From contig CAZNIO010000003.1 in assembly GCA_964573135.1 (NCBI GenBank), forward strand, positions 10,881 through 74,880: a stretch of 64,000 nt of DNA. Reading direction: 5' to 3'. Position 1 is the first letter of the stretch; each line of letters starts with the position of its first letter. The translations under genes and the position numbers were made by a program. Of the stretch, positions 19,312 through 27,402 are shown piece after piece. The notes under the pieces are model-generated. The model worked only from the letters and a program-made list of their open reading frames with translations. It was not told the origin of the DNA and searched no databases. The DNA comes from an uncultured Gammaproteobacteria bacterium (GTDB taxonomy: Bacteria; Patescibacteriota; Patescibacteriia; UBA2196; GWA2-42-15).

Positions 19312-20778
19312 ATGAAAAAATTTATTTTTATGGCCTTATGCATAATTTTGCCATTCAACAATATATCAGCTAATAACGAGGTTACATTAGAAATTATTAC
19401 TCCCAAAGAGGGGCAGTATCTTGCCGTAAACGACTCTATTACTTTTAGTTGGGTGCAAACAGGCTTAGATAAGCTAATGCTAGAAGCACAAATTTGTTGG
19501 CATGATGATATGCAGAGCTTATCCGCAGTAAAGGAAATACATTGTGCTGGAAATTCGGATATTACAAATGGGCTTATTGATGTCGACACTAATGCAAGCA
19601 ATAATTCATTTGAATGGCAACTCCCCAAAATGTTTAAGTCTGGTTTATATAAAATATGGGCTAAAGGTTATGCTAATACTGGGACAAGCGATTCTGTTTA
19701 TTTGGAAGATAAGATGAATCAATATGTAATAATAGATAAGGGAGACCAGAATTTTAGTTTAATTAATTCTACTAGTTTAAATAACATCAGTCAGAACAAG
19801 GTGATTGTTGATATTGGCACTAACAAGCTTTATGCAAATGCGTCAAGATATTTTGTTAGATGGAAAACTCCATGTAACGGCCAATACGCTAATGTCTGGC
19901 TGGTAGCAGAGGTTTTACAAGATGGAACCGAGATAGTTATTCCTATGACTTTTTATGAATGGCATTATGAAACGAATAAATTAAATTTAGATGTGTTCAA
20001 TAATAAGAATATATATTATGGATTAATTCCCGGTTCTGGAAGTACAGACAAAACTCAGCACCATCAATTACCTAGTGATCCCAGTTCGGGTAAGTTTAAT
20101 TTTGCACAAATTTTAATTAAAAGATCACCTGCGGGTGAATATTATACCGAACGAGTGTCTAGCAACTTATATACAAAAGGAAAAGAGCATTATAAGATAA
20201 GGGTTGATGTTCATGGTAACAATTGTTCAGCTACAGGATTAAGTAGATATATTTATCCTACTGCTGTTCTAGATGAACCTATACCATCGCTACCTTTGGA
20301 TAATGTTGTTAATGATTCCCCTGAGACAACCACTATCAGTGATAATAACAACACTTCGCCTAAACTAGTTGCAAAAAAAGCAACAATTGATAAAACATTG
20401 AGTAATAGGCTCAAAGGCAAACTCCTCCTCCAAGTCCAAAACCGTGGCCGTATTTGGTATGTAAATCCAGGTGACGCCAGGCGACATGAGGTAACATTCG
20501 CCAATGCTTTACCTTTATTCGAAAAGTTATCATTGGGTATTACTGATGCTGATTTAGATAAAATTCCAATGCACAATGATAATTGGACATCATCGATTGG
20601 TGATAGATTAAAAGGTAAAATACTCTTACAAGTACAAGATAGAGGAAGAATTTGGTACGTAGATTTCAATGGTAAAAAATGGGAAGTAACATGGAAAAAT
20701 TTAATGACGTTGTTTGAAAGTTTGGCTTTGGGTATCACTGATAGTGATTTGGATAAGATACAGATGGAGGGATTATAA
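19312..20778 (+). CDS. Secreted protein with two C-terminal ~55-aa tandem repeats
   Basis: Signal peptide MKKFIFMALCIILPFNNISA. C-terminal repeats LKGKLLLQVQNRGRIWYVNPGDARRHEVTFANALPLFEKLSLGITDADLDKI / LKGKILLQVQDRGRIWYVDFNGKKWEVTWKNLMTLFESLALGITDSDLDKI. Confidence 0.7.
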   Translation: MKKFIFMALCIILPFNNISANNEVTLEIITPKEGQYLAVNDSITFSWVQTGLDKLMLEAQICWHDDMQSLSAVKEIHCAGNSDITNGLIDVDTNASNNSFEWQLPKMFKSGLYKIWAKGYANTGTSDSVYLEDKMNQYVIIDKGDQNFSLINSTSLNNISQNKVIVDIGTNKLYANASRYFVRWKTPCNGQYANVWLVAEVLQDGTEIVIPMTFYEWHYETNKLNLDVFNNKNIYYGLIPGSGSTDKTQHHQLPSDPSSGKFNFAQILIKRSPAGEYYTERVSSNLYTKGKEHYKIRVDVHGNNCSATGLSRYIYPTAVLDEPIPSLPLDNVVNDSPETTTISDNNNTSPKLVAKKATIDKTLSNRLKGKLLLQVQNRGRIWYVNPGDARRHEVTFANALPLFEKLSLGITDADLDKIPMHNDNWTSSIGDRLKGKILLQVQDRGRIWYVDFNGKKWEVTWKNLMTLFESLALGITDSDLDKIQMEGL

Positions 20779-20803
20779 TTAAGAAATAATAGGATATTTT
20801 TTA

Positions 20804-20891
20804 ATTAATAAAGAAATTATGACACTGTAGGCATATAGATATATTCCTGACTTTCCTGGATTCTAGTTCTAACAGAGTCCACGACCCAGTA
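20804..20891 (+). repeat. Repeat A copy 3
   Basis: Identical to copy 2 through gacccagta. Followed by its own distinct terminator. Confidence 0.75.
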
Positions 20892-20894
20892 CCA

Positions 20895-20921
20895 AAAACC
20901 CCGACAAATGTCGGGGTTTTT
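20895..20921. terminator. Bidirectional terminator (CCCCGACA-aat-GTCGGGG, A-run/T-run)
   Basis: Perfect 8-bp stem. Downstream of Repeat A3 (+) and of hup (-). Confidence 0.7.
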
Positions 20922-20950
20922 ATATTATATACCGAATAGCTACACTCTTT

Positions 20951-21244
20951 CTAGAGTACTGCGTCCTTGGCAGCTTTAGCAACACGGAACTTAACTACAG
21001 TCTTAGCAGGGATCTGGATGGTTTCACCAGTAGCTGGATTTCTACCTTCGCGAGCTTTTCTGTCTACCTTAACTAATTTCCCAAGTCCAGGAAGAATGAA
21101 TTCGCCGCTGTTTACAACTTCGCTATAAGCTAGCTCAGTTAGATTCTCCATGAAAGAGATGATATCTTTCTTACTCATGTCGTTTTTCTCGGCAAGTGCC
21201 TGCATGAGTTGAGATTTTGTCAATTTGGCCATATTTTTTTTCAT
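20951..21244 (-). CDS. hup: DNA-binding protein HU
   Basis: …GFGKFEV-like core (ILPGLGKLVKVDRKAREGRNPATGETIQIPAKTVVKFRVAKAAKDAV). Possible start at the internal Met (21232). Confidence 0.85.
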   Translation of the reverse strand: MKKNMAKLTKSQLMQALAEKNDMSKKDIISFMENLTELAYSEVVNSGEFILPGLGKLVKVDRKAREGRNPATGETIQIPAKTVVKFRVAKAAKDAVL

Positions 21245-21282
21245 GTTAATTTATAAGCCGTTTATTAATAATATTTTAAAGA

Positions 21283-22512
21283 TTATCTCATTTTTCTTCG
21301 AATGAAGGCCGGGATTTCCAGGTCTTCTCCACTGTCATCAAAATTCTCTTCTTCCTCTTTGCTTTTAACTGTAATTTTACTTTTTTTCCTGGCAGTGCTT
21401 TTGGTGTCTTGAGGTGTTTCAGCTTGACCATCGTATGGAGCGTCTTTACCAACCTGAGGCATATATGCGGGACCGGATTTTACGCTTTGTGAAAAAGCAT
21501 TTAAGCCGTCAAACTTGGAATCTCTTTTTTTGGTTTCTTCACCAAAGCCGGTAGCAATAACAGTCACCGAAACTTCATCTTTAGCAGCTTCATTAACGGT
21601 GGATCCAAAAATGATTTTAGCTCCAGTATCAACAGATGCAGTAATTAATCTAGCAGCTTCATTAACTTCATTCATACTTAGATCTTTGGGACCGGAAATT
21701 GTAAAGAGTACTCCTTTTGCGCCTTCAATGGATAATTCAAGCAAAGGTGAATCAATAGCGATTTTAGCAGCGTCAACTGCTCTGTTTTCACCACTGGCGC
21801 GTCCCATGCCCATTAGGGCTGAACCTGAATCTTTCATAACAGCCTTTACATCAGCAAAGTCAACGTTGATCAATCCTGGCTGAGTAATTAATTCTGAAAT
21901 TCCCTGCACACCTTGAGATAGAACGTCATCAACTACAGCGAAGGCGTCAAGCAAAGATGTTTTTTTATCAATAATTTGTAAAATTCTATCATTGGGGATA
22001 CTTATAATAGTATCAACTTTTGAACTTATTTCTTCAAATCCTTTATCAGCAATGGTGCGGCGCTGAGCGCCTTCAAAAGCAAAGGGTCGGGTAACTACAG
22101 CAACTGTCAAACAACCTAGGTCACGGGCGATTTCTGCAATAGCTGGGGAAGCTCCAGTGCCTGTTCCGCCACCCAATCCACAAGTAATAAAAACCATGTC
22201 AGAACCTTTAAGATTTTCACGAATTTCACTGGAAGATTCTTCAGCTGATTTAGTACCAAGCTCTGGGTTCATGCCAGCTCCTAATCCGCGAGTTACAGTC
22301 CGGCCAATGTGTAATTTATTTTTAGCATAACTTTGGTGAAGTGCCTGAGCATCGGTATTAATAGCCACAAAATCGACTCCGCGCAGATTCCCAGAGACCA
22401 TGCGATTAACCGCCGATCCACCGCCACCACCAACACCGACTACCTTAATCTTAGCAAAAGTTTCGATATCTGGCTTAACTTCAATCGTTTTTTTATTCTT
22501 TTTAGTTGCCAT
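21283..22512 (-). CDS. ftsZ: Cell division protein FtsZ
   Basis: GVGGGGGSAVNRM (tubulin signature GGGTGSG-like), 409 aa with an acidic C-terminal tail. Confidence 0.9.
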   Translation of the reverse strand: MATKKNKKTIEVKPDIETFAKIKVVGVGGGGGSAVNRMVSGNLRGVDFVAINTDAQALHQSYAKNKLHIGRTVTRGLGAGMNPELGTKSAEESSSEIRENLKGSDMVFITCGLGGGTGTGASPAIAEIARDLGCLTVAVVTRPFAFEGAQRRTIADKGFEEISSKVDTIISIPNDRILQIIDKKTSLLDAFAVVDDVLSQGVQGISELITQPGLINVDFADVKAVMKDSGSALMGMGRASGENRAVDAAKIAIDSPLLELSIEGAKGVLFTISGPKDLSMNEVNEAARLITASVDTGAKIIFGSTVNEAAKDEVSVTVIATGFGEETKKRDSKFDGLNAFSQSVKSGPAYMPQVGKDAPYDGQAETPQDTKSTARKKSKITVKSKEEEENFDDSGEDLEIPAFIRRKMR

Positions 22513-22652
22513 AGCCTATTTATTAATACTTTAGCAAATCAACATTTGTGCGCTAGAGATCAATTTAAATGTTGATATACCAAAATACTTATACTGATTA
22601 CACCCTTATCTTATAGACTATTTAAAAATAGTCAAGGGGACAATTTTTTAAT

Positions 22653-23930
22653 TTATGGAATTAATGATTTAAACCATTTTTTAGCTTTAACGCTAATTTC
22701 GGTAATTGATTGAATTTTTGGTAACTTAAAGTTGATTAATTTCTTGCCTGAAGCACCAACCAGTTCCTTTCCCCAAAAAGCCAAACCAACAGCAGTGGTA
22801 AATTCAAGGCTATTAACCTTATCAATGGCTGTGTGTATATTTAGTGGGTGGCCCAAAGATGCTGGTAGACGAAATCTCTTTTTGGCAACATCAGTAACAC
22901 CTGGCAGCTGCGATCCACCGCCAGTAATAACCACACCAGCGGGTAAGAGGCCTGACCGATCAATTTTTATAAGCTCTTTATCAACTAGATCAAAAATCTC
23001 TTCCATACGAGCTTCAATGATTTCAGCTACATATTTTAGAGAAACACTGTCTTCTTCAGTATCTGAAAAATCAGATAGATCAATTTCATCTTTTTTATTA
23101 ATATCATCTGAAACGGCTTGGCCATATTCTAACTTAACATCTTCAGCAACGTCGAGTGAGGTTCTAAGGCCAATGGCAATATCAGCCGTGATATGATTTG
23201 AACCAACTGGCAAGACGCTGGTGGTTAGCAATTCACCTTCTTCAAAAACAGCTATAGAAGTTGTTGATTCGCCAATATTAACTAAAGCCACACCAAGTTC
23301 CTTTTGCCTTTTGGTCAAAACACTTTCAGCATTGGCTAAAATAGACAAGACTAAATCATCAATCTCAGCTCCTGTCCTATAAACGGCTTTGGTTAAATTC
23401 TTAATTTGAGACGAAAGACCAAGAATAATCTGAGCGGTAACTTCTAATCTAATGCCAGTCATGCCGATGGGATCTTTGACGCCACTTTGATTATCTATGG
23501 TGAAGCTCTTGGGAATGACGTGCAATATTTCATAGTTGGGCGGGGTGGCCACAGCTTGAGCAGCGGTGACGACACGCTCGACATCATCTTCTTTGATTTC
23601 ACCGTTAGCCCGAGAAACGGTAACTACACCTTTGGATTCTTGGGTAACAATGTGTGAACCTGAAATACCAACAAAAACATTCTCGACAGGAGAGCCGATC
23701 ATTCTTTCGGTTTGCTCAAGACAAGCGGTAACTGATGAAACCGCGTCTTCAATACTAACAATAGTGCTTTTAGATATACCGACAGAGGGTACTTCGCCAC
23801 AACCGACGATATAAAAATTACCGTCTTGCTCATTGAATTGACCAGTGACGGATCTGACGTAGGCGGTACCAATATCGAGGCCTGTAATGAATTTTTCTTT
23901 CATATATGTGTTGGTGTTTAAATTATCCAC
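22653..23930 (-). CDS. ftsA: Cell division protein FtsA
   Basis: Actin-like ATPase (GLDIGTAYVR…, …VITGGGSQLPGV…), directly upstream of ftsZ. Confidence 0.85.
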   Translation of the reverse strand: MDNLNTNTYMKEKFITGLDIGTAYVRSVTGQFNEQDGNFYIVGCGEVPSVGISKSTIVSIEDAVSSVTACLEQTERMIGSPVENVFVGISGSHIVTQESKGVVTVSRANGEIKEDDVERVVTAAQAVATPPNYEILHVIPKSFTIDNQSGVKDPIGMTGIRLEVTAQIILGLSSQIKNLTKAVYRTGAEIDDLVLSILANAESVLTKRQKELGVALVNIGESTTSIAVFEEGELLTTSVLPVGSNHITADIAIGLRTSLDVAEDVKLEYGQAVSDDINKKDEIDLSDFSDTEEDSVSLKYVAEIIEARMEEIFDLVDKELIKIDRSGLLPAGVVITGGGSQLPGVTDVAKKRFRLPASLGHPLNIHTAIDKVNSLEFTTAVGLAFWGKELVGASGKKLINFKLPKIQSITEISVKAKKWFKSLIP

Positions 23931-24035
23931 CTATGCTTTATTATAGACTAAAATATAATTTATGCCAAGTATTTGTCCACTACTAACCAGGGCAAGCTGA
24001 ACAATATTTGTAAACAGCTAAAAAATTGTCTCTTG

Positions 24036-24392
24036 TTAGCGAAAAATGTATGGCCAAAAGATCATTAAGCCAATGATTACCGCACCAAATGAGGCCAAGA
24101 GAACTGTGGCGGCCATAATGTCTTTTATAATTAAAATATAGTTGTGAATACGTGGTTTTAAAATATCTGAGAGATGTTCAAAAATTGTGTTCAGTGCCTC
24201 AAGAACTAAAACTGAGATAATAACGATTAAGAGAACTACTTTTTCAAGCTTGGCAAGACCGAGATAAAACATTAAAAAAATTATAACAACAGCGATGACA
24301 GATTGAATACGAAAATTTTGCTCTTGCCAAACAAATCTGAAGCCACGAATAGCATATTTGAAACTACGAATTAGTTTTCTAATTTTTAACAT
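24036..24392 (-). CDS. dgkA: Diacylglycerol/undecaprenol kinase DgkA family
   Basis: 118 aa, 3 TM, EALNTIFEHL motif. Confidence 0.7.
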   Translation of the reverse strand: MLKIRKLIRSFKYAIRGFRFVWQEQNFRIQSVIAVVIIFLMFYLGLAKLEKVVLLIVIISVLVLEALNTIFEHLSDILKPRIHNYILIIKDIMAATVLLASFGAVIIGLMIFWPYIFR

Positions 24393-24811
24393 AAAGTACG
24401 TTGTAGTAAGTTAGCGCCCAACTGCTCCTCTACTTTCTGCATTGCGTGCCTGTCTTTTTTCTTTTGATGATCATAGCCAACTAGATGCAACATGGCGTGT
24501 GTTAATAATATTGTTAATTCTTTTTTAATGGTGTGGTGGTAGAGGCTAGCTTGCTTTTTAGCAAGCGGGTAGCAAATAATAATTTCACCGTCAAGATGAG
24601 TGCCATCAAAATCATAGCTTAAACTCAAAACATCGGTAGGCTTATTTATTTTACGAAGATCTAGGTTGAGTTTTTTCATTTCGAGCTCGCCAACTAGGAC
24701 AACTGATATGTCTATCTTCTTAATTTTGAGCACTCGGCTAATTTTTTTTAAAGCTTGAGATATATATTTAGTATCTACGCTGGCTTTAACCTTGTTGTTT
24801 ATTCCAATCAT
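24386..24811 (-). CDS. ybeY: rRNA maturation endoribonuclease YbeY
   Basis: HAMLHLVGYDH zinc-binding motif (HxxxHxxGxxH). Confidence 0.85.
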   Translation of the reverse strand: MIGINNKVKASVDTKYISQALKKISRVLKIKKIDISVVLVGELEMKKLNLDLRKINKPTDVLSLSYDFDGTHLDGEIIICYPLAKKQASLYHHTIKKELTILLTHAMLHLVGYDHQKKKDRHAMQKVEEQLGANLLQRTLC

Positions 24812-24813
24812 AA

Positions 24814-26187
24814 TTAGTGCATCAACTTAAAACTTGAAATAATCATATTAAAGGTTGTTAAAAAATTGATATCTTGCCTAAGACCAGCATTGTAGATAAA
24901 GCTATAAATATTATCACCCAGCATGACATGAGCCCGCAAGTCATCTTCTGATTTAAGCCCAGGCATATTATCAATTTGAATTTCTTGATTTTGGCCTGCT
25001 GACTGGCCGTATTGATCAAAATACCAGTCTTCAATAGAGCCATGCTCGCCCTGGTTTGGTTCAACTATAACGGCAATAAATTCGTCAGTAGGGGCGTAGA
25101 AATATGCATTTTCTTCTGTTCCCCTTTTTTCCCAGGCAAGCGGGTAAAGTAAATTATATTTATACTTATTATTAATAAAGGTAGCCATGCGATTTGAATT
25201 AAACAGCTTGGCGTCACCGACAATTAGGGGGTCATACACATTGGTGACTTCAAGGCCATCAGCGTAGCTGTCACCATCTGTGTCAGCGTTGTTCTCGTCT
25301 GTACCAAAAAGATTTTCTTCTAAATCGCTTAAATCATCGTTATCCAGATCACTGGCTGGAAAAAATTCTTGTACATCATAGATGCCGTCATCTGGATATT
25401 CACCTATGTCATAAGATAAATTGTCTTCGCCTGTAAATTCAAAGTTGGCCAAAATTTGCGTATAGACTTGTGATAGCGTTTGGTTTTTGGGTTTAGTAAA
25501 GATCAAATTAAAAATATTTTCTCCTCGGCGACTGTAAATTGAATAGCCTCCAGCTTCTTCAATATATTTATAGGCTGAGACGTCTGCCAACTCAAAAATT
25601 TCTGACTGGTCGCTGTATGTGGAATTAGTATTAAGCCAGTCTTCAAGGCTTTCTTCTTCAGAAGTTGAGAAAACGGCGAAAGTTAGATGGATTGTATCGG
25701 ATATACCTTTTAAACTAAAAGCTTCTTTGGCAGTTGGATAATTAGATAAAATGTCTTCTTTTGTCCATTGAGATGGGTACTTGAATTTGTACCCATAAGG
25801 ATCATTTGAAATGTGTGTCCAAGTGTCAAGAATTAAAAGATCTTGATCACTATTATCCTCAACTGGCGGAGGGTTGTCCTCTGGCTCTCCTGTTGTGACT
25901 GGCTCTTCCACCTCGGCTATTGGCGTAATAGTTAGCGGTTGTTCATCTTCTTCGACACTACGCAAAAAAAGCCAGGCAGCTAAAATCATTAAAATGCCAA
26001 GAGCGACAACAATCGCAACTCCAATGACGACGGTTTTTTTTGTTCCTGTGAGCTTTATGTGATGACCTGCAGAAGATGGTCGAACAGATAAAAACTTTTG
26101 AGGTATAGTCTTAACTTCAAAGTCTTCAGTAATTATATCATGAGGCAAATTTACCTGGGCTATTTTTTCGTCTTTTTGTTTTTCCAT
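24814..26187 (-). CDS. Single-pass membrane protein with acidic extracellular domain and DxDxDG motifs (paralogue of 26187..27380)
   Basis: TM VVIGVAIVVALGILMILAAWLFL. Contains TDGDSYADGLEVTNVYDPL. C-terminal …IISSFKLMH parallels the neighbouring paralogue. Confidence 0.6.
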   Translation of the reverse strand: MEKQKDEKIAQVNLPHDIITEDFEVKTIPQKFLSVRPSSAGHHIKLTGTKKTVVIGVAIVVALGILMILAAWLFLRSVEEDEQPLTITPIAEVEEPVTTGEPEDNPPPVEDNSDQDLLILDTWTHISNDPYGYKFKYPSQWTKEDILSNYPTAKEAFSLKGISDTIHLTFAVFSTSEEESLEDWLNTNSTYSDQSEIFELADVSAYKYIEEAGGYSIYSRRGENIFNLIFTKPKNQTLSQVYTQILANFEFTGEDNLSYDIGEYPDDGIYDVQEFFPASDLDNDDLSDLEENLFGTDENNADTDGDSYADGLEVTNVYDPLIVGDAKLFNSNRMATFINNKYKYNLLYPLAWEKRGTEENAYFYAPTDEFIAVIVEPNQGEHGSIEDWYFDQYGQSAGQNQEIQIDNMPGLKSEDDLRAHVMLGDNIYSFIYNAGLRQDINFLTTFNMIISSFKLMH

Positions 26188-27380
26188 TAGGGTAAAAGCT
26201 TAAAACTACTAAGTATGTATTCAAAGTCTGCCTGGTGCTCAGTTGAGCGCTTTGTAGCAATGTAGCGGAACATATAAGTATGTCCGTTGCTTGATGTTAA
26301 ATAGTTAGTACCAAAAACGGTTGAAGTTGGGGTATTATCTGGCAACTTGCTTGTTTTATTAACTAATATATAGCCTTGGTCGCTTTCTGAGATGGTATAT
26401 GCAATATCTGGTGAAACTGGATCTGTTTCTTCAATATCTACGACAAGATAAAGCTTAAGCTGATTAATATTATCATTATATCTTAAAATGTTGCCGGACT
26501 CGCTTTCAAGCACCATGCCTTCTGGCAATTGAACTTCAAATTTGTGTGTAGTATTTTTATAATAACCCGGCTTACTATCAGCTTCTAGCGGATCACGATC
26601 ACTCAAAAGTTCCTCTTTGTCGTCCATGCTGTCACCATCAGTGTCGGCTTTGAGCGGATCAGTGTTGTATACTTCTACCTCTTCTCGATCAAATAAACCA
26701 TCACCATCAGTATCTGAACTACTGGTGCTGGTACCATAAATCATCTCATCTTCGTCAGATAATCCATCACCATCTGAATCTTTTGGTGAATCAGATGGAG
26801 GTATATAAAGGTCTTCAGCATCATCTACTGTATCACCCAAATTATCTGCTTCTGGGGTTTGCGTGTCATCAGTTTCTTCATCTAGATATTCGTAAGGATT
26901 AGTCAAATTAGGATTTTCTGATGGGGTATTGTCACCTCGCGACATAAACCACCAAATTGCAGCGGCTACAGCAACACAAACGAGTAGGATAATAACAACA
27001 AGGAAAACAATATTTTTACCTCCCTTGGGTCGCTGAGAGTGGTTTGGCGTGAGCTGAGAATCTGGAACAACTCCACTTTTAGGAGTAAAAACCGAGGGTG
27101 TAGCTTTTATAGCTGGCTCAATCGGAGCTTGCGGAACTTGAGCGCCTTCTGCCTGGGGCTGGACTGGAGCAGGAGTTGGTGTGGGGGCAAGACCGGTAGC
27201 CGTTTTTTGAGCCTCGGGCGTGGCACCTGGCGTAGCAAAAATATCATCTGGTTCTTTAGTTTGTGCTGGCTCGCCAGCGTTGGGCGCAAACTCTGGGGCT
27301 GGCTTAGTTCCTGGTGTAATTGGATCACTGGGAACACTGGCTGGGGCATTTTGTTGCGGGGCTACTTTGTCTTCAAACAT
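26187..27380 (-). CDS. Single-pass membrane protein, Pro/Ala-rich cytoplasmic N-terminus, extracellular domain with repeated DxDGDG motifs
   Basis: TM IVFLVVIILLVCVAVAAAIWWF. Contains DSDGDGLSDEDE, DTDGDGLFDREE, DTDGDSMDDKEE. C-terminal …ILSSFKLLP. TAATG overlap with the downstream paralogue. Confidence 0.6.
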   Translation of the reverse strand: MFEDKVAPQQNAPASVPSDPITPGTKPAPEFAPNAGEPAQTKEPDDIFATPGATPEAQKTATGLAPTPTPAPVQPQAEGAQVPQAPIEPAIKATPSVFTPKSGVVPDSQLTPNHSQRPKGGKNIVFLVVIILLVCVAVAAAIWWFMSRGDNTPSENPNLTNPYEYLDEETDDTQTPEADNLGDTVDDAEDLYIPPSDSPKDSDGDGLSDEDEMIYGTSTSSSDTDGDGLFDREEVEVYNTDPLKADTDGDSMDDKEELLSDRDPLEADSKPGYYKNTTHKFEVQLPEGMVLESESGNILRYNDNINQLKLYLVVDIEETDPVSPDIAYTISESDQGYILVNKTSKLPDNTPTSTVFGTNYLTSSNGHTYMFRYIATKRSTEHQADFEYILSSFKLLP

Positions 27381-27402
27381 AATATTTTGAATTTAATTTT
27401 AA

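Noticed and set aside
17892-20921. Repeat A copies as a CRISPR array
   Set aside because: The copies are 1.2-1.7 kb apart with whole genes between them. There are no short regular spacers and no cas genes in the window.
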